Shown piece after piece: positions 1 through 12,767 of a stretch of 64,000 nt of DNA. Source of the stretch: Octopus vulgaris (Eukaryota); NCBI GenBank assembly GCA_951406725.2, contig OX597826.1:30504001-30568000 (forward strand), read 5' to 3'. The notes beneath the pieces were generated by a model, which saw only the letters and a program-made list of their open reading frames with translations, was not told where the DNA came from and ran no database searches. Position 1 is the first letter of the stretch; every line of letters starts with the position of its first letter. Made by a program: the position numbers and the translations under genes.

Positions 1-80
<80 letters not shown>
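1..80. repeat. (TA)n microsatellite, representative of dozens of (TA)n/(CA)n/(TATG)n tracts across the window
   Basis: Pure TA dinucleotide run at the window start. Confidence 0.98.
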
Positions 81-85
<5 letters not shown>

Positions 86-482
86 TTTCACTAAAGTTAT
101 ATCCCTTAGGTTTTTTTTCGCAGTAATATTATCACTACATAAATTATAATAATAGGACTACTTCAGTTATCAAATTTCGGCTTTTAAATTTCCATGCTTT
201 ATCGGTAAATTAATAGTCTAACAATTGCCAAACGAAAACCAATAAACTGTTTAGCTCAAACTGTGAATTAAAACATTTTCTGTATAGTCAGTGGCTATTT
301 TTATCTGTGCGTCTCGGTAACAGCTTTAAATAAACTAAAAAAAATTGTTATATTTGTAAATTGCACAGTCACTTGGAGGAGACTTATGCTAAACAACCGA
401 AAATTTCCAGTCTAATACTCGAATGTCATTCAACGCAGCAAAACTATGTTTAATAGTTATAAGTATTATTTTATATGTGGGC

Positions 483-578
483 GGGAGTGGCAGTATGGTA
501 AGCAGTTTGCTTACCAACAACATGGTTCCAGGTTCAGTTCCACTGCGTCTGCGTCGCACCTTGGGCAAGTGTATGTAT
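483..578 (+). mobile_element. tRNA-derived SINE head, family A (ggctgtgtggtaag...ggttcagtcccactgcgtggcaccttgggcaag)
   Basis: A-box/B-box-like segments; similar to copies at 6186, 18278 and 37790. Confidence 0.75.
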
Positions 579-610
579 GCATATGTGTGTGTGTGTGTAC
601 AACGGGCATT

Positions 611-659
<49 letters not shown>

Positions 660-662
<3 letters not shown>

Positions 663-810
663 GTAAAAATAAACAGGGGAAAATGAAAAAGAAAAAATAA
701 ACAAACAAACGTGAGAACATAGCACAAAGTATTAATATGATGCTCGGAGCAAGAGGAGAGTAGGTGTTTTACGTTTCGAGCATAGCTCGTCTTCGGAATC
801 AGGAAACACA
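660..810 (-). mobile_element. PLE-type 3' terminal fragment with hammerhead-like motif (767-798)
   Basis: Minus strand CCGAAGA-C-GAGC tat GCTC-GAAA-CG-TA. Same tail family as 14325-14506 and 24600-24790; flanked by (TA)n. Confidence 0.6.
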
Positions 811-821
811 CACGCACCCAC

Positions 822-876
<55 letters not shown>

Positions 877-1232
877 TATACAGACTTATCTCTTCTATTA
901 TTTGCTTCCGATCATAGTCTGCAGCATGAAGGGTTTTAGTCGAATAAATCGACCCTAGTATTTCTTTTTAAAGGTTTCCGAGCCTTTATTTTTACGAGCA
1001 CTAAACAAACCAGAAAAGGGAACAAATACAGACACACAGCTATCTACTCTCTCTCTCTCACATACACACACACACACACATACATACATATATATATCAA
1101 TACGGAGCGAGTAATTCATGAAGAAATATTTGCGAAGATATTATTGACTAGCTTATTATCTAGTGTAAAAATTAAAAATCATAACAACAGAATCGATAAT
1201 ATAGTCGATTGCTGGCCCAATAAGGGATTAAA

Positions 1233-1392
1233 TAACTGAAGGATTAAAATCAATCGAAGGACATAAGTATGTCTACCTGCTGGAAATAACAGTCAAATCT
1301 CTTATTTTGACGATTTAAATAAGAGTTTTGACTGTTATTTCCAACAGGTAGACATACTCAGTATGCCCTTTGATTAATTTTAATCCTTCAGC

Positions 1393-1394
<2 letters not shown>
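1233..1394. repeat. Imperfect fold-back inverted repeat (~75-bp arms)
   Basis: taactgaaggattaaaat...ctcttattt pairs with aaataagag...attttaatccttcagcta. Confidence 0.9.
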
Positions 1395-1433
<39 letters not shown>

Positions 1434-1554
1434 CTGTGTCTGTCTGTCTGTCTGTGCGTGCGTGCGTGTGTTTGTATGTATGTATATATAATTATTAAGT
1501 CTAAAGATAGAGAGATCTAATGGATATAAATTAATTTATTAATTCACATTGGTG

Positions 1555-1646
1555 CACCCTGATGACTTTCCATCCAAGGTATTTTAAAGTGCAAGATATT
1601 TATATATGCTTTGCAGTTTGGCTGCGAAATTAAACAATTGTAGGTG
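1555..1646 (+). ncRNA. Degenerate type I hammerhead ribozyme inside inverted repeat 1511-1691
   Basis: cacc-CTGATGA-[long stem II]-TAAA(for GAAA)-CAATTG-TA-ggtg. The sister copy near 2705 has GAAACAATTGTA. Confidence 0.6.
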
Positions 1647-1845
1647 AATATGTTAACTAATAGATTAATTTGTATCCTCCATTAGATCTCTGTTTTCACA
1701 CGTAATAACAATATTTGATATTTTACGATATCTTATATAATATATTCATTGAAGAAATATCTCTTCAAAATACAATATATCAAGCAAATGTATCTTGGAT
1801 AAAAATAAATATCCCTTTAAGAGGTCTAAATAACCCCATTGTGAC

Positions 1846-1893
<48 letters not shown>

Positions 1894-1924
1894 TATATAT
1901 ATGTTTGATTAATGAGAGAAACGA

Positions 1925-2128
1925 AAGATGGAAGATACGAGAATCTTTATTGATGACTACAATTGTTCCGACCCATCTAGCATCGATTCCTTGCAGGTGA
2001 GATTCAGAACACCTGGTTTAAGTGTATCCCTCTGTATAGATGTTCAGTATCCTACCCGCGTGTGATCTCTGGTAGATGTGTAGAAAACAATTGTAGTCAT
2101 CAATGAAGATCATCGTATCTTCCATCTT
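1925..2128. repeat. Inverted repeat (~43-bp arms) whose inner ends carry the hammerhead 3' half AACAATTGTA
   Basis: aagatggaagatacg...ctacaattgtt pairs with aacaattgtag...cgtatcttccatctt; flanked by (TA)n. Confidence 0.85.
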
Positions 2129-2282
2129 CCGAATAAGTGAACGTGCTTTACCGGCACACCACCAGATGTATGCATACAGTTTATTAACTAATAAACTATA
2201 TATATATATACATATATATATATATACATACATACATACAACGGTCTTTAAGGGTATTTTAAAATGCAAGATTATATATTTA

Positions 2283-2669
2283 CTAGCAGTATCGCCCGGC
2301 GTTGCTCAGGTTTGTAAGGGAAATAACTATAAAGCATTTTTAGAGAGTTATAGCCAAAAAATAGCAAAAAAATGGGAAAAAAATGATGGTAAATTTTTTT
2401 TTGAGAGTAAAAAAAGGTTGAGTTGCGTCCCCTAGACAGTCTGTGGTTTGTTTCTTTTGATTCTCGACCCCATGTCGAATTTATCGATTTTTTTCAGAAC
2501 TGGGGGAACTTTTCAAAATTTTCGCTGCGTTAGTTTTGAATTATGACATTGGGCTATGTGTGTGTCAAGTTTCATCAGAATCGGTTGAAAGCCGTGGTCA
2601 GGGTGAGGGTACGAGAAAACAGACACACAGAAACACGCACAGACAAACTGCCGTTTATATAGAGAGAGA
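2283..2669 (-). mobile_element. Non-autonomous Helitron
   Basis: Minus strand begins TC (tctctctctatataaa) and ends CTAG after a GC-rich hairpin (cctgagcaacgccggg); inserted between A and T with no TSD. Confidence 0.75.
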
Positions 2670-2741
2670 TGTATGTTTTGAAGTTTTAATTTTGGTTGTG
2701 AAATGAAACAATTGTAAGTGAATATATTAATTAATTAGTCT

Positions 2742-2882
2742 CCGACTACAAAATTTACTCACAAAGCAGTTTGATCCTAGGCCATAGTAGAAGACATTCG
2801 CCCAAGGTGCCGTGTTGTGGGACTGAACCCGCACACACGGGATTGCAAAGCGAGCTTCTTAACCACACTTCCATGCCAGCAC
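2742..2882 (-). mobile_element. SINE family A
   Basis: Reverse complement of the family A head (atagtagaagacattcgcccaaggtgcc...gggactgaaccc). Confidence 0.75.
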
Positions 2883-2893
2883 CTATATATAAT

Positions 2894-3090
2894 AGGCGAG
2901 CTGGCAGAATCGTTAGCACACCTGGCATTTCGTCTGACTTTACATCCTGAGTTCAAATTCCACATAGGTCGACTTTGCCTTTCATCCTATCTGAGTCGAT
3001 GACATAAGTACCAGTTGGGAAGTGGGATCGATGAAATCGACTTAGCCTCTCCTCGAATGATCTGGCTTTGAGCCAAAATCTGAAACCACT
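2894..3090 (+). mobile_element. SINE family B (ggcgagctggcagaatcgttagca...gttcaaattcc...gtcgactttgcctttcatcc)
   Basis: A-box/B-box-like motifs; more than 10 related copies in the window. Confidence 0.8.
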
Positions 3091-3936
3091 ATATGTAAAT
3101 AGTTAACACTGTCGCATTGAAAGTCAAAGTCAACCGCGTTGATATTTGAAGTCCGAAGCGTACCTGAGTAACGGAAGAACCTATGTCCATCTATTTAACA
3201 ATCTACCAAAATTCTGCTCTGAAAATGACCTAAATAATGTTTTCTAAGGCTAAAACATTTCTTTTGATTGATATATTCGGTTACTTCAAACCCAGTTATC
3301 AACTGGTAGTCATTTTGTAGACCTGGGAATCATGAGTGCTAAAGTATTTGAACAGAGAAGTTAAGGGGTGGGTAGTTGAATATTGTCAGACATTGTATTC
3401 CACACGTCGACAGATCCTGTCGATTTGTCGCCATTTCTGGTCTAAATAATGGTTTTTGACTGAGGCAAAAGGCCAGCAGTTTGGTCGATTCCATCGATCC
3501 CAGTTATTCAGACTAGACAATAACTGATAAAATATGCGATGGTCACGAATAGAAATCATTTGCTTTATGTGCAAATGGATTCCATTTAAGGGAATAAAGA
3601 ATAGCAATTTGAAAATGTCTCTCAGTCTTTCATTTTGATGTCATAGCGAGTAAAAAAGCAAAGGGTGGGCGTAGCATTTTAGGTGTTGAGGATTTGGTTT
3701 GGCTGATATTCAACCTGTATTGGTAACTATAATCTTTGGAAGTGGGGGCGGAAAACACATTCATCGCGTATACGTGCACAGGAATATGAACATACATAGT
3801 GAGTAATAGAGAGAGCTGGAGAGAAAGAGACACAGAGAGAGAGAAACATTACAATTCATTAATTGTACACGATAGACATAAACACTATCCCTCTCCTCAG
3901 ACACATAAAGAGAAATGTGCTCATACGCATACACAG

Positions 3937-3967
<31 letters not shown>

Positions 3968-4399
3968 AACGAAAGAAACATTAAAACGTCTGTTGTCAAG
4001 TAAGACAGCGTCGAATCAGGGACGCGCTAAAATAGGCGGGGCCAATACGGCTGCGCCAAACCGACTGTGACGAAAGGCCTCACACCCAGAAAGAAGACAA
4101 TGGTACTTTTAAAGGTTGGTTACATTTTTCTCTCCCATATCTGGAGAATCTGGAGTATTGGAACTTCCGTTCCAATACTCAATATACTTTTCTAATTACC
4201 TGTTTTATTTTATTTTGTTGTTGTTTTTAAGATTATTTATCAATTTATTTATTTATTGCTTTGTCGACTCGGCTTTGATTCCAGTAGCTTTGCGGTTTTG
4301 GAGAGAGTTCTCGTCCAAATTGAAATCTCCGACAAGAATTATCCAATTAAAATTGCAAATTAGATCCTTTGAAGCTAGAATCGGATCTGTAAAAATCTC

Positions 4400-4860
4400 C
4401 ATTCTTCGTGTTAATTACTTTGGTTAATGAATGAACTTCCTATCCACAAGACAACCGACAGTTGCAACAACAAGAGCATGATTGCTCATCAGAGCTAGCT
4501 ACAGAGAGTATAATTAGATATGTTTTGTTTAAATATGTTGGATTTTCTCTTGTGTGAACAATTGAATCTAAAGACGCCAATATAGCGGAAGTTGGTTGTA
4601 AATCGACTGTGTTATTGTCAGAGTATTTCCATATCATTAGAATCCGGAAGATAAAGTCCTTTCTTTTCTTTTACCAAAGTTCTCTCAACTTGTAAATTCA
4701 AGACTTCAGTTAATTTCATTCCGACATGAAAATTCTTGCAAACTTCTCAAAAATTCACTATTTCCAATTCAATTTCCAGATGAAATAAATATATTTACTC
4801 ATTCTATAACAAAGTTGTCATTTATTGAAAATCAAATTTCTTCCATGAGCAACAGCGAAA
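4400..4860 (-). pseudogene. Possible highly decayed hAT transposase C-terminal (dimerisation) region
   Basis: Minus-strand peptide PTYLNKTYLIILSVASSDEQSCS loosely resembles the hAT motif P-L-...-S-p-SSa--ERsFS; weak. Confidence 0.3.
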
Positions 4861-4965
4861 ACAAATCAGGTGTAAGTCATATGCGGTTACTGTTTGTAGA
4901 CCAAAGTCTCCTCGATCCAGTCCTAACCACCGTATAGGTTTTCAGACAATATATATCACAGACGG

Positions 4966-5549
4966 ATAGCTGGCAGAATCGTTGGCACGCCGGACGAAAT
5001 GCTTAACGGTATTTCGTCTGCGTTACGTTGTAAGTTCAAATTCCGCCGAGATCGACTTTGCCTTTCATCCTTTCGGGGTCGATAAATTAAGTACCAGTTA
5101 CGCACTGGGGTCGATGTAATCGACTTAATACCTATGTCTGTCCTTGTTTGTCCCCTCTGTGTTTAGCCCCTTGTGGGTAATAAAGAAATAGGTATTTCGT
5201 CTGCCGTTACGTTCTAAGTTCAAATTCCGCCGAGGTCGACTTTGCCTTTCATCCTTTCGGGATCGATAAATTAAGTACCAGTTACGCACTGGGGTCGATA
5301 TAATCGACTTAAAATGTCTGTCTGTCCTTGTTTGTCCCCTCTATGTTTAGCCCCTTGTGAGTAATAAAGAAATAGGTATTTCGTCTGCCGTTACGATCTA
5401 GGATCAAATTCTGCCGAGGTCGACTTTGCCTTTCATCCTTTCAGGGTCGATTAAATAAGTACCAGTTATGCACTGGGGTTGATGCAATTGACTTAATCCT
5501 TTTGTTTGTCCTCTCTATATTTAGCCTCCTCTGAGCAATAAAGAAAGAA
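4966..5549 (+). mobile_element. SINE family B, tandem trimer (~178-bp units)
   Basis: Unit ggtatttcgtctgccgttacgttc...aataaagaaata recurs at ~5008, ~5190 and ~5374. Confidence 0.88.
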
Positions 5550-5812
5550 ATATATCCCATATATTCATTGCGTTTCTTTTTAAAGACATTTGAATACAAT
5601 ATGAGAGAATTGGCTGCTATTTCAAGTAGATCAATCGATCACATACAGGCTACGTTATTCGTTGATGTAGTTGATATGTGACTTGTCTTGTTTAATCTAA
5701 TTAATCTTATTGTATGGTATTTGATATACCTGTGTTTGTCTATGTTTTTCATATAAATGCCATTGGCCCTTCAGTTATTTCTCCCAGCTCCTTTTTGTTA
5801 AATCTATATTAG

Positions 5813-5863
<51 letters not shown>

Positions 5864-6093
5864 TATGTGTGTGTGTGTGTGTGTGTGCTGTGATATTAAT
5901 GTTGATGATTTAGATGTTCGTGATGTTAGTGACGGTGTTGATGCTGCTTCGACCCGAGTTAGCCTTAAGAAAGTGGGGTCTGTCACCGACTGCGCTCCAG
6001 TTGTAAGTTTTTGTGTTCTTTTGTCTTCAGATATACTGTATCTAGTGCTACATTTACTAATCTCTGTCTCTCTTTCTCTCTCTCCCTCTCTCC

Positions 6094-6125
<32 letters not shown>

Positions 6126-6185
6126 ATATCTATATATCTCTCTCTGTCTCTCTCTATGTATGTACATGTATATATATATATGAGA

Positions 6186-6340
6186 GTGGCTGTGTGGTAA
6201 GTAGCTTGCTTACGAATAACATGGTTTCGAATTCATTCCCACCACGTGGCACCTTGGGCAAGTGTCTTGTACTATAGCCTCGGGCCGACAAAGCCTTGTG
6301 AGTGGATTTAGTAGACGGAAACTGAAAAAATCCCGTCGTA

Positions 6341-6391
<51 letters not shown>

Positions 6392-6590
6392 TTGTGCGTC
6401 TGTGTTTGTCTCTCCAACGTCGCTTGACAACCGATGGTGATGTGTGTACGTCCCCGTACCGGCAAAAGTGGCCGACAGAATAAGTACTAGGCTTACAAAG
6501 AATAAGTCCTGGGGTCGATTTGCTCGCCTAAAGGCGATGCTCCAGCATGGCAGCAGTCAAATGACTGAAACAAGTAAAAGAGTAAAGGAG
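6186..6590 (+). mobile_element. Full-length SINE family A with internal (TG)n
   Basis: tRNA-like head, internal microsatellite, 3' end ...gcagtcaaatgactgaaacaagtaaaagagtaaa. Confidence 0.85.
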
Positions 6591-6668
6591 TATATATATA
6601 TTATATATTTCATATATATATATGTGTGTGTGCGTGTGTGTGTGTATGTATGTATGTATGTATATATT

Positions 6669-6735
<67 letters not shown>

Positions 6736-6742
6736 GTGTGTA

Positions 6743-7160
6743 TCCCTAACTCTCCACTGAACTCTAGGTCAGAAATTTTCAGCGGTTGCAAGCATAATGT
6801 ATAAATATAATTTGAAGAATTGGAAAATTCCGCGTATTTCCGATTAACATGTTGATATCTTTCTAGCCTTATAATTTAAGGTCAAAGTGAATAACTCTTT
6901 TACCTCTTTACATTTTACTTTACACATTTTAGTCTTCGTGTTTCTTTTTCCGTTTTTCGTTTCCCGCTTTTTATCTTCTGCGTTCTCTATACGCTGCCTT
7001 CTCAGTTTTTTTTCTCATTTCTTCTCTTATCCAATTTTTTTTTAGTCCATTATGATATGTGGTTTGTGCTTGAAGAATATGATTGAGATATTTCTCAAAA
7101 TATAAAACCATTAGTAGCAATTAAAGGCATGTATTGTGTCCTTTAAATATATAATATTTA
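6743..7160 (+). mobile_element. PLE 3' fragment (end of GIY-YIG region plus tail with decayed hammerhead at 7067-7119)
   Basis: Peptide PLNSRSEIFSGCKH matches the PLE C-terminal LNxRxEIxSxCRH pattern; pyrimidine-rich tail; tgc-TTGAAGA-...-AAAA-CCATTAG-TA-gca. Confidence 0.55.
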
Positions 7161-8173
7161 TCTCTCACCAGGAGTACTTTTTCGTTGAATTTTTTTATCA
7201 CGCAACTAAACAAAATTTTGCTGTGAGGACTGAAAAATCCTACGATTCGGACGCTTGTCCTTCAGGGATTATATTGTATACTATGGTGGCTTTTCATTCA
7301 TTTTTTAACTTTTAGGGAATAACTTTATGGATGCAGATCCTCTTCGAGCTAGCTTGAGTTGTTAAAAATAGCATCCAAATGTCCTTCCAAATTATACTTT
7401 ATCGTCATAGGAGGTTTTTACCCAAAAAGATAAATGTGCACCTAAATGCCTTTGGAAAGGAAAGGATGGTCACGGCTGAAGTAGATTTGGTCATACGTCT
7501 GCTTAATTAGGACTGACCTGTGGTTAAATAGCTACATCAGCAACGTACATCTGGAATAGTAAAGCATACAGGTTACCCAAATTCAGCACATTTTATTTTG
7601 GTGAAATTTAATATAGCACCTTATTTGTTTCAACACACGATTTCACATCAAGAATCTTGCAAACCAAACTCGAAAACCGAAACATTTCTAAAACCTTTTA
7701 AGCAAAATGAAATTCCTATTGACGTCTTATATGAGTAGAAAATGTAGTTATGTGACGTTCGTATTTCATGTGAATAACACTAGAGACATAAAATGAAAGA
7801 AATTAACTGTAATTACTAATGAAAAGTGGAGAGCGGACGTAATGTGTTGACGTTTTATGGAGCGTTCCATTCATTTGAAAGCTAATCAATTTTTTCTAGC
7901 TAAACCTCAATGTGATGAATATATAAGAGAAGAGAATGGCTTCGACATCACCTTTGAATATTAAATAGCGTTTCATATACAAAATCTAATTCATTTTGCG
8001 CTGTATTGTTATCGCTATTAGCAATACTTTAACTAATGATGCGCGTGTGCATGTGTATCTGTGTGTATGTATATATGTAGGTAGACAGATAAATAGACAG
8101 ACAGACAGACAGATACATAGACAGAAAGATAGATAGATCAATAGATACATACATACATACATACATACATACA

Positions 8174-8206
<33 letters not shown>

Positions 8207-8526
8207 GCATACATATTGTGATTCTTGATGCTGTTGTGATCGTTTTTGCTACTGTTTAGCCTAAATCAATTTGGATAGGGTAGGTCTTTGATGAAAAGCT
8301 TTCAAGTTTTGACAATCTCGCCCTCCTTTTCTTTATTTTTCTTTCTTTAATAAATATTTGGTCCTGGGGCACATTAAGCGATGATTCCTTCCTGCTTTAA
8401 TATGTTCTGCTTTGTGATTAGGACATTTGGCTGCTGTTCCTGATGAATCATGTAGCCATATAAATGCTTCTTCACAGATACGTTTTAGATGACATATGTG
8501 TACGCATATGTGAGTATGTGTGTATG

Positions 8527-8577
<51 letters not shown>

Positions 8578-8603
8578 CTGTATATGCGTATATAAACATA
8601 TTT

Positions 8604-8678
<75 letters not shown>

Positions 8679-8900
8679 TAATAAAATATTAGGGAATAAA
8701 TTCAAACTTACAAGGAAAAATCAAATTTAGGATTAAATCCAATTTTATAATATAAATATATTATATTATATTATATTAAATTAGAGATAAAACCACTATT
8801 AGGCAAATCAAACAATGAAAAACATAAGCCAATACATAAAATTAATTTAATTTATATTATTTTAAATATATATATCAAAAGTATTAAAAGTTTAATAAAA

Positions 8901-8951
<51 letters not shown>

Positions 8952-9015
8952 CATGTATGTATACATATAAGTTTTTTCTGAATACTTATGTGTGTCTATA
9001 TATATGAATAGACGA

Positions 9016-9052
<37 letters not shown>

Positions 9053-9088
9053 AATATATATACATAAATATATATACAATTATATATA

Positions 9089-9123
<35 letters not shown>

Positions 9124-9173
9124 GTATATGTATATAAATATTCATGCAAATACACGCGCGCACAGATATATAT

Positions 9174-9204
<31 letters not shown>

Positions 9205-9224
9205 CATACATACATACATAAATA

Positions 9225-9225
9225 A

Positions 9226-9324
<99 letters not shown>
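9225..9324. repeat. (GATA)n microsatellite (further tracts at ~20500-20760, 21625-21725, 49058-49147)
   Basis: Direct reading. Confidence 0.97.
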
Positions 9325-9720
9325 TCAATGGTAGAATATAATATTCAGTAAAAGAAATGTTTACAACACCAGTTTCTTCGACCTTAAGTGGCCGCTGGCA
9401 ATGTTGGCAAATTCACAAATAGTGTGGAACCAAAATGAGATAGCAAACTAGATTACAACACCATTGACATTTGAATATCAAAAATTTAAAGTTTAAATGA
9501 TTAATAGAACGTTAGCAAATGATTATTTCCTTAATAAAAGAATAAACTCCAGTCGAATGTATATTATATTCAACGTATATGTATATATACCAGTGAAAGG
9601 CACGATGGTGTGATTTTTGTCTGAAAATGAAACATCTTTACATAAATATGTTAAATCATATCTTGATATTATTTGGACTGAGATTCCCGTTGACCGGCCT
9701 CAAATATTAAAGGAAGTATT

Positions 9721-10053
9721 AACATCATAAGCGGAAAGTGTAACCTCTCGAAAGAGCTGTTCTTCACTCCTGCTCCAGAGCGTCGGCTGCGGGGTCATTC
9801 CGAAAAGCTCTACCTGCGACGATTTCATCTCAATCGAAGGAGAGGAGCTTTCTCCGTCCGGGTTGCGTTCCGTGGAACAAGCTGCCAGACGAGATGGTGA
9901 AGATGCCGACGACCGCTTTGTTCAAAGCCTCCCTTGACCTCAAGTGGCCTGAACTTTTTACATGAACACCACCCTGTACTTAACTCCATGTCCCCCTACA
10001 TGGCCTTGCTATTTGCTTTTGAGCCAAATTAACTAACTAACTAACTAACTAAC
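9721..10053 (+). mobile_element. 5'-truncated CR1/L2-group LINE: ORF2 C-terminus, 3' UTR and (TAAC)n tail
   Basis: Translation LRGHSEKLYLRRFHLNRRRGAFSVRV/PWNKLPDEMVKMPTTALFKASLD matches the CR1 C-terminal RGH..KL...FS.RV...WN.LP...FK..LD pattern. Confidence 0.85.
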
Positions 10054-10289
10054 TTACAGTATGCAAATTAGCAGCTCCAATTTTCTGTCGCTACAATATT
10101 TGTTGAGTATCTAAACTGATTGCCTGCTTGTTTATCCAGGCTCGGTCGAATTTATGTAGACTCCTCTGATGAAAATCCAGTGGAATGCGAAAGTCGATTA
10201 AAGTTATTCATCGGATTCTGGGATTTTGTTTTCCAATCTCCGGAGAAATAGTTAAAAAGTGCTCTCTGTATATATTTATTAAATATATA

Positions 10290-11075
10290 TTGGAGCGAAA
10301 CAAACATCGACTCAGCAGTGACTTAGGAAACCACGGGGTACATTTTGGCCTTCTGGGGCCTTGTCAATGACGTGTACCTGCTTCAAATTTATCAAGACAA
10401 CATTCGAGTTTCGATATATAGGAAGCAGTGAATAATAACTTCACTAATGTTGCAGAAAGCTTGCCGAGCTGTAATAAATTCGGTGTAAACATTTGGAACT
10501 GTATTAAATTAAAATAGTCATCTATGTACCATGCTCAACATATATACACCACAAAACGACCCAATACAATTGTTTTTGACTGAGATATATCGGGTTAAGC
10601 GCATAATATATGCCAGAGCGAAGTGAACATTGTTTCAAAAGCGATTCACAAGGATAGCAGACGTGTTTCAGCCTTTTTCAGCTTTGAGAATTATGTGAAC
10701 CCGGTGTTCACATGCTTAAAATAAAATTGTTCCCCTCCAACATCTAAGAACCTCTGAATAATACACTTACTAGTATTGCGGAAGACACGCTGAGCTGTAA
10801 TAAACTTGGTGTATGCAATTTAAACAGTATCAAATTAAAATAGCTATTTGTGTATCAAGCTTAGCGTATATACACCAATTCTGTAGTTTTGGCTGAAAGG
10901 AAATCTCTTCAAAGACATGTTGTGTTACAAACAATATAAATACCGGAGAGGCGAACATCGCTCCAGCAGTTAGCCATGACAACACCAGACACGTTTCAAC
11001 CGTATTGAACCTTGTCAATGATATACACTTGTTTGTCACGTGTCTAAACGAAGGTTGACCCCTCCGTCATATAAG
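10290..11075 (-). repeat. Diverged tandem array (~325-bp period, ~2.5 units), each unit with a decayed hammerhead
   Basis: gc(c/t)gagctgtaataaa recurs at ~10463 and ~10789; hammerhead remnants at 10335-10372, 10655-10696 and 10983-11024. Confidence 0.65.
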
Positions 11076-11094
11076 ATAAATAAACAACAACTAG

Positions 11095-11210
11095 CACTCC
11101 GTCGGTTACGACGAAGAGGTTTCCACTTGATCTGATTAACCGAATAGTCTGCTCGTGAAATTAACGTGCAAGTGGCTGAATACTTCACAGAATTGAACAC
11201 ACGACATTAC
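11095..11210 (-). mobile_element. SINE family C, 3' fragment
   Basis: Reverse complement of the 3' part of 12768-13135. Confidence 0.7.
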
Positions 11211-11599
11211 GATCGAGAGTCGAATAAAAGGTAAAGTGCACTTTGTCAATTTCCTGAATGTCAAAAAGGCAGTGTGTTTCGTCCCCTTTAGTTCAAATCT
11301 AGACACAGGCCACTTTTAATTTTCATGTTTGTAGGGTCATTAAAAAGAGGTAGTGATACCAATATTATATTTCAATGGTGACGTCGTCTTTTATTTTGAT
11401 TTTCCGTCTTTTGGTAGGGTTCGTTAAAGATCACTATGTCCAGTTTCCTGAATACTAGAGTGAAACCATGTTAAGAGTTATCACAAACTAGGTGTGAACT
11501 TTACGTCAGCTTCGAGTAAAGAAGTCTAAGTAGGAGGTTGTTCTATGTTCTATTTGTCTGCCTTCGGTTTCATCAATTCAATAACATTCTTTAAATAAC

Positions 11600-12214
11600 A
11601 AGGCAGCAGGCTGGCAGAAACGTTAGTACACCGGGCGAAATGCTTAGCGGTATTTCGTCTACCGCTACGTTCTAAGTTCAATTTCCGTCGAGGTCGACTT
11701 TGCCTTTCATCCTTTCGGGATCGATTAAATAAGTACCAGTTACGCACTGGGTTCGATGTAATCGACTTAATCCCTTTAACTGTCCTCGTTTGTCCTCTCT
11801 ATGTTTAGACCCTTGTGGGCAGTAAAGAAATAGGTATTTTGTCTGCCGTTACGTTCTGAGTTCAAATTCCGCCGAGGTCGACTTTGCCTTTCATCCTTTC
11901 GGAGTCGATAAATTAAGTACCAGTTACGCACTGGGGTCGATGTAATCGACTTAATCCCTTTGTCTGTCCTCCTTTGTCCCCTCTATGTTTATCCCCTTGT
12001 GCACAATAAAGAAATAAGAAACGTTAGCACGCCATTAGAAATGCTCAGCAGTATTTCCTGTCTTTACGTTCTGAGTTCAAATTCCGACGACTTTGCCTTT
12101 CATCCTTTCGGGATCGTAAATTAAGTACCACTTGCGCACTGTGGTCGATCTAAGCGACTGCCCCCCACCCACAAAAGAAAAAAATTCGGGTCTTGTGCCT
12201 ACAGTAGAAAAGAA
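11600..12214 (+). mobile_element. SINE family B, tandem multimer
   Basis: Three head/body units like 4966-5549. Confidence 0.87.
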
Positions 12215-12701
12215 TATTCTTTAAGCAACTCTTTCCTTAGTTTTTCCAGCAACAGAAACTGAAGCCTATTTTCTTGTCTCAAATTATTTTTGGCAGATTA
12301 GACAGTCCGTTTCCTAACACCTGCTGATGAACGAGTAAATTGCGCATGTTAAATTGTATAGATGGACATACAAAGTAACTACCCTCGCCTAGCATATGTG
12401 TGTGTGTGCGCCTACTTGTGTGTATGTGTGTATATATATTTACATTAGTGTGATTGTTTATGTGTGCATGGTAGTATGTGTATGCGGGTGGATGTGTATG
12501 TGTGTGTGTGTTTGCGCGCGTGTATAAAGTGTATAAAGTTGGTGGTTTATTCCACAGTCAGGAGGATTTTCACGTGACTCAATCAGATCCATCCTGATAT
12601 AGACTGTCTAATCGCTTCACAACTTAAAATAGATTTTTAAAAAGCTATTGCCACGTAAATCTATTAAGCTTCTCTCAGTTTCATTTCAGAACGTCAACAC
12701 A

Positions 12702-12740
<39 letters not shown>

Positions 12741-12767
12741 CTATGTATGTATATGTATGCATATATA

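Noticed and set aside
4153-4180. Perfect 12-bp hairpin gagtattggaac/gttccaatactc
   Set aside because: Isolated, no context; an intrinsic terminator call is meaningless in this eukaryotic sequence.
10160-10205. CTGATGA...GAAA hammerhead-like motif
   Set aside because: Stems I and III do not pair convincingly; likely chance.
4966-12214. Regularly recurring repeats resembling a CRISPR array
   Set aside because: Units are whole SINE copies without unique spacers; no cas genes; eukaryotic DNA.
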